Part shown: positions 13,001 through 25,000 of the stretch, piece by piece
How the letters are laid out: each line of letters starts with the position of its first letter
Position numbering within the stretch: position 1 is the first letter of the stretch
Assembly (NCBI RefSeq): GCF_001447785.1
Contig: NW_015164218.1
Location: 248,001 to 312,000 of the forward strand
Source of the DNA: Gekko japonicus
Lineage: Eukaryota
Reading direction: 5' to 3'
DNA length: 64,000 bases
The notes under the pieces: generated by a model
Databases searched by the model: none
Seen by the model: the letters and a program-made list of their open reading frames with translations, nothing else
Told to the model about the DNA's origin: nothing
Position numbers and translations under genes: made by a program

Positions 13001-16000
13001 TGTTTGGATGCGCATGTGTTTCTTGTATTAGTGAGCTCACAGATCTTGGCAAATGGCAATTAGGGGGATGGTGCTGCTTCTCAGTGCTCTGCGATCTTCC
13101 AAATGAGTTTTGGTGAATTCACCCCCTAGGTTGGGAATGTTTCTTTGTGTGTGCAGGCATCATAATGGTACACTGGGATAAACAGTCACAGGTCTTGGGT
13201 TTGTATTGGTGTAGTGATTAGGAGAACCGGGTTCGATTCCTCCCTCCCTCACATGCAGCTACTGTTCTCTCACGAGTAGTTCTCTAGAGAGCTCTCTCAG
13301 CCCCACCTACCTCACAGGGTGTTTGTTGTGGGGAGGGGGAGGGAAAGGAGATTGTAAGCTGCTCTGAGACTCCTTTGGGTACTGAAGGGTGGGGTATAAA
13401 TCCGATCTCTTCTTCGTCTTCTATTCTACTATTCAGTGAAGTGCAGAGCCTGTTTCTCCAGCCAAGGGCTTTGCCCTCAGCTGAGCAGAGTGATTGGGTA
13501 CAACCCAATGTATTGTGAATGTGGGTCGATCATGGTGGTGTGTCTCTTTCCTTCCTCTCCTCTAGTGGAAGAGAAATTGCAGGTCTCAGCCTGCGCCTTA
13601 CTTATGCAGACTTCCCTTTTTCTCCAGGTTTTTGAGCCTCCTCCTGCTGCTGCAGTACCTGCCTTGGCTGGAGTCCTGGATTACCTGGAATGGGCACGCC
13701 ATTTGCCCCAGGAAGTAGAAAGCTCCTTGGGGACCCAGGTGGTTTAGTAAGTGGGATTCTTTAACAGGGTGACAATTGCAAGGGGGAACGAGCCCTGTCA
13801 GCTCTGTGTGCTGTGCCAGCATTCAGCTTTGATATTCTGCAAAAAACCCTGTGCGGAATAGTAAGATTGCATAATTGACGCAATGCAATAACAGCTTTGC
13901 AAACATGTTCACCAATTTCAACAGCAACTTAAATACGTTGGAGTCTTGTTTTAGTTGTTTGGTAATGATTTGGATCCAGTTGCAATAAGAAAAATGAGAC
14001 TCTGTGCGAGAGGGAGTTTTAGAATCCATCCCAGCCTACGAGGTACTGCCCTGACAAGTAACATTCAGACGGGGGCTGGGGGGCAAGAACTGCTGGTTCT
14101 GTGCAGTCCGATGACCTCAGGCATTGCCACCTCCCCAAGGAAAGGGGAGAGCAGTTGCTGAAAGCGCTTCTCAGCACATCTTTGATGTCTGAATGTGCTG
14201 CCTAGATGTCTGAGTTCACAAGCACCCCTAAGAAACCAGACTGTGTTAGTGAGCTCTGGAGTCCCCAGTGGACCACAGGGAAGGAAACCATCTCCAAGGT
14301 ACGTAGGGTGAAAATACCATGAATTACACCCACTGCCGTGTAGATCAAGGCAAACGCCAGGGCAGTAGAGCAATGATTCCTCCCACCTAGGGCCGCAAAT
14401 AGCTGTGTTCAGAGCTACCATCAACAGCCGGAAATGGACAGATTTTGGTGGTAGCTCTGTATACCTTGCATATCACCCTGTATACCCTGTATACCACCCT
14501 GGATTACAAGGGCATGAATTTTTGTGCTTGGAACAATTTAGGAAGCATTTGAACGTAGTGATTCTCAAGATGGAGAGCAGAGATTATATCTTCCAAGCCT
14601 TCACTGGTGAAAAGCAAGGCAGAGGCTTTCTGCTTGCAGTTATGAATTCTACAAACTTTCCTTATAAATCTGTTCCCATTAAGCTCCCTGGTTTTCACGA
14701 TCTGATTTGGCCCTAGGAATTAGGATTCTGGGACCACGATGTAGATTTTTTCTTTGTTCCCCCTCACCCCTTTTTTGTGAATTGCCTCATTTTAAAGCTT
14801 TACAGATTAGGTGCGGTGGGAATTCTGGAGGGCCAGTGAGGTTCCCATCCTGATTCCATTTCTCTCCCTTCCCTCTCCCCCTCCCCAATGCCCAAACAGT
14901 GGGGAAGAAGATATGGAAGAGGTAGAGCTGGTGGCTGAAGTCCGGCTGGGGGACGTTGGTGCCTTGTCGGGCATCTTTAGGAGAGATCGGTCCTGGAGGA
15001 TGCAGAAATCTGGTATGTGTCTGTGTGCGAACCCTGGAGAGTGCTTCTCGATCGGTGGTACACGTAATCGAGGAGAGACGCAGGGCTTTCATAACAATCG
15101 CCCCCAATCCTCAGGTCCACCTGCATGTGTGTCGTGCCATCTCTTGCCAACCATGCCTGTCACAGATTACCTATCTGTGACCTTTTGCGTGCTAGTATAA
15201 TAACCTTGGACGCTTGGTGTTCTCTCCTAATTCTCTTCCCCCCCCCATTCCTCTTGCCCATCAGCAGCTGTCTTTGATGGGCCACTTCCTGCTGGGCCTG
15301 CCTGCCACTGATTATCCACTGCGCCTTTGCCCCCTCCCCCCATGGATTTTGCAGTTACAGCAGCAAAAAATATACTCCGTGGAATTATTACCCTTCTCAA
15401 GTATGAGGTGCTTCCCAAGATACTAGTGCAGTTTTTCCCCGGAGGGTGGCCGTATCAGTCAGCAGTAGAACAGTTAGATTTGATTCCAGTAACACCTTTT
15501 GGGGACTGACAAGAGGTTCAGAGTACAAGCTTTCGATAGTCAGAAGCACATCCCATCAGTGTCCGACAGAGGGTGCTGTGGCTTTCGAAAGCTTATATAC
15601 CTTGAAGCTCTTGTTGGTCTCTAAGATGCTACTGGACTCAAATCTTAACTGCAGGGTGTTTTTTTTTGGTCTCTTTAAAAGTTACTGTAAATTATAAATA
15701 GAGTAATAGAATGCTTGTAAGCGGTGTTCCCTCTAAGATGAGTTAGTGCGAGCTAGCTCACAGTTTTTTAGCCTCCGGCTCACACATTTTTGTCTTAGCT
15801 CAGGCAGGATGGCTCCAGAGCAAACCGATTTATGCAGCAGCCAAATCGCTCGCTCACAACTTCAATGCCGGTAGCTCACAAAGTAGAATTTTTGCTCATA
15901 AGACGCCTCAGCTTGGAGGGAGCATTGCTTGTAAGCATATAAATGTTGTCCTCAGAAAAAGCGGGCTTTAACCTGGTGAGACCCAAGGTCTTTCATAGAG

Positions 16001-19000
16001 TGCTTGGCGGGGCATAAGATACAAAAGGCTGAGAACCACTGCCCTATAGAGAGAAGCACAATGTTGTATGTTCTTTAAAACGGTAGATGAAAGTTGGGTT
16101 TGCCGACAGGCCACAGGGAGGCCTGTTCAGGCATTTTTAACAGCATCCAGATGTTGTGCCCCCTGTTTAAAAGCCTCCTTATCACCTTCCCCACCCAGGA
16201 TACTTGTCTTGGAAAGAGGCGGGGACCTGTTGGCAGTTGCAGGCACCTGCAGCTCTCTTCCCCGAAAGTTTCTCAGTTCCTGGCTGGCGCTTAGGGTCCC
16301 CAGTCATCAGCCATGGAGGAGACCTGTGGTCGGAGGACCAAATAGCAACTTTCCTGAGGCAAGGTTTGGGCTGAGGAGTTCCGAGGACACACCACAGCTT
16401 CAGGGCTAGAGAGTTCTGTTACTTGGTGGCCAGTGGACAAGGGGAGGGCTTGGATATGTTGAGACCCTGACCTCTAAGGCGCGCCAGGTCCAGTTTAGGG
16501 CTGGGAAGGTTAAAGTGGAGGAAACAGCGCTGAGGAATGGTCTCCTCCTTTCTCAAAGGGCAGGAAATGAAAACGCAGCTCCTGTAAGCCTCCTAACCGC
16601 TTTTTAATTTTTTTTTTTAATGCTCTCAACAGTCTGCCTTGGATCATCCGCACCTTGCTGGAGAGGAAGAAGGGACTGCCCCGTCGGCCGCTCTTCCCTC
16701 CCAGAACAGCCCTACCCTCTGGACCCGCACAGAACTCTGCCAGTAATGGACAAGGGCCCTTGGACTTCTGCTTTAGTCAGGAGTGAGGTTTCGCAGTCCC
16801 CCAAAGTAGACAGGACTTCACCTTATCTGGGCATGACTCTGGGCACTGGCATGGGGATATCCAATGGGGGGCAGCAACGCCCACAGGGCGCCACGGGCCG
16901 CGAGTCCGAGTCCCAGCAGCGTTCCCAGCCGCCGCCTGCCAACTCCCTGGACAAGGCGGATTCCAGCACCTCCTCCTCTTCCTCGTCCTGCTCCTCATCA
17001 GCGTCCTCCGTGTCCCGCCATCAGGGCCTCCCTGGCGAAGGAGGCGGAGGTGGCTCCATCAACCCCTGCCCTGCCATGCGCTCCCCAGACTTGGATATTT
17101 ATGATCCCTTCCACCCTACTGATGAGGATAACCTGAACGGCGACTTCGGCTTTGGTGACTCACCCCACAAAGAGGCAGAGGGTGGCCGGCATGACCAGAA
17201 ATATGACCCCTTCGACCCCACAGGCTCCAACCCCAGTTCTTCGGCTACCACCCCTTCTCCCGAGGAGGATGACGACGATGACGACGAGGAGGAAGACGAT
17301 GACCGTGACCAGCCTCCTCCCGACATGTCCCACAGCATCAGCCGCATCTCAGAAACGTTGGCCGGGATCTACGATGAGAACAGCTTGAGCCAAGACTTCC
17401 CCAGCTCAGACAAAGGGCAAGAGGATTCGGAGCCCGAAGCGGAACCTGGCAGGGATTACGAAAGCGAGTCGGCCTGTCCCGCTGAGCCCCCCGAAGGCAA
17501 GGAGCCCCCCGGTGCCGATTCCACGCTGCCCGAGGAGCTTCTTCCTGAACAGTTGGAATCTAAAGCCCCTGAGCCGCGCCGAAGGGTCTTTGTGGTAGAC
17601 CTAGCTCCTAAAGGCCGCTTGGATGCTGAAGCAAAGCCTCAGCTTGAAGGTAAAGTGTCCCTGGAAGTGGTAACGGTCGGGAATGCCAAGCTAAGGACTG
17701 GGGAGAAGGCATCCAAGGGAAGCGGACATCACCGGGGTGGACGCCGGTCCTCAATGGAGTGGGATGGGAGTGGAGGTGGGGACTCAGAAATCGAGGAAGG
17801 GGAGATTGTCCAGCCAGAAGATGAGAGGTACAGCCCCATCCGACTGTTCCGGAGCAGGTGTCGCCCCGCTGAGCAGCGTACCCTGCGGGTGGTGGAAGGA
17901 GATGACTTCCTGTCATTACACGCCGACTCAGATGACGAAGGAGCCTTGCAGATTGACTTCAGCGAGAGCCAGCCCGACCCACGTTGGAAGGGGGTGGACC
18001 TAAGGCGGAAGATCCTGACTCAGCGCCGAGAACGCTACCACCGAGCCCCGTCCCCCTTGCCGCCACCTCCACCTCCTCCAGCCCCCAAACGTCCCGCTTC
18101 CAAGTCCCACTCTGGCTCCAGCTCCGGCTCCTGTAAGAAATCAAAAAGGGAGCGGAAAAGATCACGAGAACACAAGGCCTCGAAATCTAAGGAATCGTAC
18201 ACCTCTTCGTGGAACCCGAAGAAGAAATCCAAGTCACGCTCCAAATCCAAGGAGCGTCGACGCTCGCGCCACAGGGCCTCGCGGTCTCGCTCACACCACC
18301 GAACGTCCCGTTCCTGGTCACCCTCCATCAGCACCAGCTTGTCCGCTGTCGGTTCCTCACACACCTCTGCTGAGCGCCGCAAGAGCAGGCGTTCTAAGTC
18401 GAAGGAGAAGAGGCGGGGGCGTCGTTCCCGATCACGCAGCAGTAGCCGCGCCCATCGCAGTAGGCACAAAGACAAACACCGAGGGGATAGCAGCAGGAAG
18501 AAGAAGAAACGCTCCCGGTCTCACTCACGTGAGAAACATCCTTCCCGTCGCTTATCCAAGGACAAGGAGCGGGAACGAGAAGTCCACCTGTTGGAGGAAC
18601 CCAAGTCGGAAAAGGTCTTGCTGGAAAGACGGAGAGATGCACGGACTGTGGTGCCGCCATCGATCCAAGACCTCAACGACAATGACCTCTTCACCATCAA
18701 GAGGACCATCACGGTGAACCAGCAAGAGAAAATGGAGAGCCTGCTGGAGACACCGGAAAGAGCGAAGCGAGAAGTGCTGTATGACTCAGAGGGAATGAGC
18801 TTTGATGCTTGTTTCTCGGACCGTGAGCCCGCCGAGGAATCCAAATCCGGTGGGGCTCGCTCAGGAGCCAAGGAGGAGACAGTCCCCTCCCGTAAGGACA
18901 AGCGGCCCGAGGAGGACACAAAGCAGAAGTTGCCCAAGGAGAAAGAGCGCAAGAGGGCCTACCCCGAGGACCGTCCCAGTGCCCGCGACAAGTACAAAAA

Positions 19001-22000
19001 GAAGCTCAAAGAGGGGCCTCCCTGTTCTGAACAACAGGAATTGCCCAAGGCGGAAAAGAAAGCCCGACCCGATCGAGACAAGGCCGGGAAGAAAATCAAA
19101 ACTGGAAGTCACAAGGAGAGCGGCAAGCTAGGCTCGGGTCGGAAAGTGAAGCTTCAGTCTAAGGTGGCCGTACTGATCCGGGAAGGGGTAAGCAGCACCA
19201 CGTCAGTGAAGGAAGTCGGCTCCATCGGTGTGAAGTTCAGCCGTGACAGGGAGAGCCGGTCGCCTTTCCTCAAGTCAGAGGAGAAGGTGCTGATGGTCGG
19301 GGCTTCGGCGGCAGGCCAAGGCGAGATGACGGACATCAAGGAGCCAGGCTTCAAGCCCAAGAAAGTCAAAGGACTGAAGGCTAAGATGGGTGTGAAGAAG
19401 CTGAAGGGACTCAAGCCAAAAGGTGCCTCGGAGCCCAAGAAAAAGAAGAAGCTCAAGGTGAAGACGGGGCTGAAAAAGTCCAAAGCAGACAGCTGCAGCC
19501 AGGGCGCGAGCAGCCCTTTGAGGGTCAAGGAAGAGCCCTCGTGGTCTGGCTCGGAGAAGTCGGAGGGCACCGCCAAGCCTCCGAGCCCTCAGCTGTTGGC
19601 TCCCGGCCAGGAGCTCACGCCTGATTCCCAGACCGTGGACAGCAGCTGCAAGACACCCGATGTCTCCTTCCTTCCTGATGACCCCCCAGCTGAGCAGCCC
19701 AGCGTGCTAGAGGATGAGCCCGAAGCAGACAGCTTGTCCGAGACCAAAGAGGAGCAGCCACCACAGCAGCCGCCTCACACTTCGCGCACTTTGCCTCCGC
19801 CCTCCGCTCCCATGTCTTGGAACCTGCAGGGTGGGGTAGACTGCACCAGCGGAGTGTTGGCATGTATGTATCCTGACAGGGGATGAAATGGGATGGGAGT
19901 GAGGGAAGGTAGCTTTTTGTGCAGCCCTGCTTGAGGCTGGCCGCGGCAGCTCCTGGGAACAGTTTTACAGCCCTGCAGACCCATCCTAAGTAAGCTGTAC
20001 TAAGAAACCAGCACTGGGATTTATTTTGGAACAGATTTGTGTTATGCGACCGTCTTGATCTCTTATCAGAAGCCGGATCCTCTGTCCTGTGGAGAAATAA
20101 GCCCAGTTTAGATTCAGGTCTCCCAAAGGTTCACTGCCTAAGCATCAAAGTTTCTGTCTGGAACAGAGGGTTGGACCCAGCCTGGTTTTGCTCCATCTCA
20201 GCAAGTCCCCCTCCTTATTACAGCCTCCATCCTATGTAGTTTTTGTCCGTGCAAGTCCCACGATCCCTGGCATGGCCTTTTTGGGGTGACGGATGGGACC
20301 CTCCCTTCCTTTTTCCCCACCAGCAGATAAATTTGGTTGGTTCCAACCCAGATTTTGGAACGCTGGCAAATGCCAGTACCCCTTCAGAAAAGAGAGACAA
20401 GTCTGTTTTCCCACGATTGTCTGTGAAAGCTTCAAGATCTGCACTCAAACTAAGAAATCGGAGGGAGGGGTGGATGCCAGTACTCCCTGTCCCCCATCCT
20501 CCAGTCAAACTCCATGACCCCCCAAATCCCAAAGCCATTAATTGGCTGATGGAGAGGCACAAATGCGTGCATGCATAGTTTTTGCATACCTTTTTTTGGC
20601 AGAGTTAAGTTATTGCCCTTGTGATAACAGAGAGAGCCAAGGAGCCACAGGCTCTGATCTGCACATTCCTGCATTTGCCTATTTTGCATAGCTTAGCTTG
20701 CTTCTCCTTTGGGGGGGGGGATGAACGGAAGAAGGGTATGGAGTTTTATGGTCTTTAGAGGCCAGGGAATAGACACCAGCCCAGGGGCATTACAGAGTTG
20801 ACCTAGGGCATTAAACTAGCTGACTTTAGGGGCCTTTCCTTCACTACGCCTCCTAAAAATGCCTATGAAGTCTCACCTCCTCCTCCACCCCCACACTGAT
20901 GAACCCCATAAGTGTTTTTGAGCCATTTTCAAGGGGAAGTGTGCTCTTCATCTAGGCTTTCCATCAGCCTAGAGGCAGCATACAGAGCTGTTGGGTGACA
21001 GGCTGTATGCCTGCCCACTTGGTACACTGAGAACTGGCAGGGGCAAGAGGCTAAGCTCTGCGCACCTGTCCCATTGTGGCTCCAGGACAGGTGATCCAGA
21101 GATTGCTCTGGGACGTACTGACTGGAAAGACAGGGCCCTTCCATTATACTGAAAAACTGATCTGTCCCAAAAAAGGACAAAGTGGAGGCTTCCGACCTGT
21201 CTTAAGGCTGGAAGTAGAAACGCAAGCAGAACACACACAAAGCTGCTTTAACCTGAACCGAGCCCCTTGGTCTGTGAAGCTGAGTCTTCTCTACTACTCT
21301 AATTGGCAGTGGCTCTCCAAAGTCCCAGGTCTTTTGTAATGCTTGATCCTTTCAACTGGAGATGCTGGGGGATTGAACCTGGGACTTTCTGCATGCTAAA
21401 CAGTTGTTCTCCCACTGAGCCATGGCTGTACCTGCAAGTGGCCAGCCTGGCGGAGGAAGGGGATGCTAAGGTCTTCCAATGAGGACTGACCTTATTCTGT
21501 GTCTGCAGAACAGGCTGAGGCAAGGGCCGGCCAGGGCTGGGGATGCACTAATGTTCACATGTTTTAGGCCTGAGTCTAGGATTAGTCAGGGAGGTGGGCT
21601 TAGCAATTTGTCTGCTGCTCACTCCTGCAATTTTGGGGGCCAGTTCTATCCCTAAGGCTCTTGTTTCCCACCTAGTGACTGCCCTGCTCTTCAAGATGGA
21701 AGAGGCCAACCTTGCAAGCCGGGCTAAAGCCCAGGAGCTTATTCAAGCAACCAACCAGGTACGAAAGCCTGTTTTGTCAAAGTGCTGGAATATAATTCAT
21801 GGTGTCGATCAAACAATTGGACGGATGCGCAGGGTGTGGATATCGTTCCTGCTCCTGCCGAAAAGGTGATGGTGGTGCTGATAATTCTGAGTTCAGCAGC
21901 AGCTTGTGTTCGACGCACCAGAATTTCAAACGCAGCCGAGAAACCTTATTTTGACAACTCTGTTTTGATTTTTCTGATTTATTTGAATTTTTTTTTTGAA

Positions 22001-25000
22001 AAAGTGTGAAAACGTTCTAGCTCTGATCTGTCAGGGGGAAGGTTCTGGGGCTCACTGGAGATCACTTTATGGAGAACAGAGGCACACAGTGGGTGTGAAA
22101 CTCCTGCAGAAAGCTTAACCTTTACCATGCATTAACAAAGGGGCCCTTATAGCAACACCCCAACACTTATGTGAAGTGGGATTGCTTCAAAACCCAGAGC
22201 GTTGCATACTTTTGATTTTACTGGGCAAGCGGGACCTGCATCTGATTGGTTTCTATTGTCACCCTCAGAATTGCAGGGCTTGTTAAAAATGGTCTTAAAT
22301 TGTATTTCTGGCCCTTATGGTCTGCAGTTCAAGCATGGCGATATGGGGTTGGCTCCCTGGGCTGGAAGAGGCTTGCATGAAGCTGGGGCTTGGTTTTCAT
22401 GCACGCGGGGGGGGGGGGGGCAGCCTCTCTTTCTCCGTGGCCTCCTTGTTCTCCCATCTCTTAAACTGGCCGGCTAGCTCTGATCTCTGTTCCTTACCAG
22501 TGCACTCTACTGACTTGTTACTTGACAAAGTTCCTGAATAATTTGACACACACACCCCTCAACTTTTGGAGGTATAATATTTGCACAACCCATGCAGATA
22601 GTTTTGGCTGATTTCTTCTGTGAAAGCGGGTTTGAGTGCTGTTGAATAAAGTGGGACTTACTTCTAAGCAAGCATGCAGAGGATGAGAGAAGAGCCTTGC
22701 TAGATCAGACCAGTGGCCCATCTAATCCAGCTCCCTGTTACACACAGCAGCCAACCGGTTGCCCTGGATGGCCATCAGACGGAGCATACAGGGCACACCC
22801 GTCACTGATGTTGTCTCCTGCCTCTAACTGTGGCTAGTGGCTATTGATGGACCTCTTCTCCATGAATCTTTGTCTACCCCCCCCCTTTAAAACCATATCT
22901 GCTTGTGGCCATCACTAAGTCCACTGGTGGTGGATTCCACCATTAATTAGTGAATGGCTGAGTTCTGATTTGTGGTCTAGGACGCCAGACTGTTCTGTCC
23001 AGTTAGCTTGGATCCTGCAAACCAGTTCCATACTTGCTTAGGTAGCCTCTGCCACGGAGCGTAAGGGCTCATTGAAAACCACTGATCTTGCACAAGCGGA
23101 AATGCAAGCACGAGAGAAAGGATTCAAGCCTTCTTCTAGTGCCAGACAGATGATGTAACATTTGGAGCTACCTGCATGGTGTGCGTGTGATATGGGCTGC
23201 ACTGATAATGGCATACTCCAGATATCAGGACATGTAATAATGGAGCCCTGATGAAGATGCCGCTTGCAACGCATGCTCTCTGCTGCTGCTGGACTCCTGG
23301 TTAATTTTGCTCAAGCAGACTCGGGTTAGTCTGGGCTTGGAAGACCTTTTCTTGACATTGAAATAGCCATGCGTGGCAGAAGACTCGCTTTACCTAAAGG
23401 AGTCTCGCTTTCAGCTGATTATCCTGCCATTTGTGGCTTCTGGTTTCACCTCCTCCTGATCAGTTGTTTTTCTTGACTATTTATTTAAAACACACACACA
23501 AACAAGTTGGAAGCTTTTTTTTTTTTTACTATTTTCTGTGAGTATTTTGTGTGTATGTGCGCGCGTGCTTGCTTAGCCTGGAAGTCATGGTGACTTCTGG
23601 CGACCCCTAGTGGGACTAGGACATTTCAGAGAGGTGGCTTAACTATTGCCTGCCTCTGTGTCCCGGCCCTGGTATTCCTTAGAGGTCTCCCTTCTGATTA
23701 CTTGCCAGGGTTGGCCCTGCTTAGCTTCCAAGATCTGACGAGATCAGGCTAGCCTGGGCTATCCAGGTCAGGGCAAAGTTTGGAAGCTTCATCGCACTAG
23801 TTCCGAAGGCTTGTTTTGGCAGTAACCAAAGGGTAAACCCTTCTCATCTTTGAGAGTCCCAATCACTCTGCAAACCCCCCTTTAAAGGCTGAGGGAGCAA
23901 ATCGAAGAGCAGCCATTGGAGGGGATCCTAGCAGTGATGGGCCCTTTACAGAGAAAGAGACGGGAGGTTGCTTTTCTCCCCCGGGGGAGCGGAATGTATG
24001 CCAGCCCTTCCACTGTGCAGCAAATTGCAGGTTTCCCACTTAGGGCCAGGCATTCCCGGATTGAGCTTCGAAGCGCGGACAACAAAGACATGCGGTGTGC
24101 CACCATGGCTGGCATCTAAGTAATGGCGCGAGGATCTCTCTCGCTTTTTCCATTTTAACCACGCTCCCCTGCTCTTTTTCCTCCTTAGATCCTGACCCAC
24201 ACCAAGCCTTCGACCTCCTTGGGGCCTCCCCAACCACCGGCACCGCCCGCCCACCCGCCTGCGTCGCACCTGGCCACGCCACCCGTCTCATACCTGCTTC
24301 AGAGCTCCTTGCCTATGGGAGGATGTGGCTCAACGCCCCCCACCCCTACAGGGGTGTTGCCGGGGTCTTTGAGCCAGACTCCGGTAGGCCCTCCCTCGGC
24401 TGGCATCTTTGCTTCCTCGTCGGGCACCGATCTGGGCAGCACCAGCTCTGATGGGCGCGGAGACAGTGATAAGGTAACAAAACGATACGGAATTGTTAGG
24501 AATAGGAGAACAGTTGTCCCTGGAGGGTGTGCAGCTGCAGTTTAAAATCTCTCGGAACTTTTTGGTTCAGGACTTGCCGCCCTCCAGACAGGGGATGCTG
24601 CTTGCTTTGTGATCAGTCTTCATTTGGGGTGGGTGGGGGTGAGTTCCACAGCAGGGGGTTGCATCACAGTCTAAGGTTGGGTGCAGTAGTGGCATTCCCA
24701 CCCTTCATGTAGTTTAACAGAGTGATTAGTTTAATACAGTTAGAGCAGTTCCTCAGTGGAATAGGCTTTCTTGGGAGGTGATGGGCTCTCCTTCTTTGGA
24801 GGTTTTCAAACAAAGGCTAGATGGCCATCTGAAAGCAATGCTGATTCTGTGAGCGTAGGCAGATCATGAGAGGGAGGGCAGGAAGGGTTGCTTCAGTGCT
24901 TAGTTCTTGTGGCCCTTTCTTACACGCCCAGGGAAATGCCGATTGCCACTTTGGGGTCGGGAAGCAATTTTTCTCCAGGCCAGTTTGGCAGGAGATCCTT

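Noticed and set aside
18035-19576. Several 140-aa antisense ORFs
   Set aside because: Shadows of the low-complexity SCAF1 coding exon
16620-19886. 1088-aa ORF as a standalone single-exon gene
   Set aside because: It is the giant internal exon of SCAF1; splice sites at 16633 and 19863 join in phase to flanking exons
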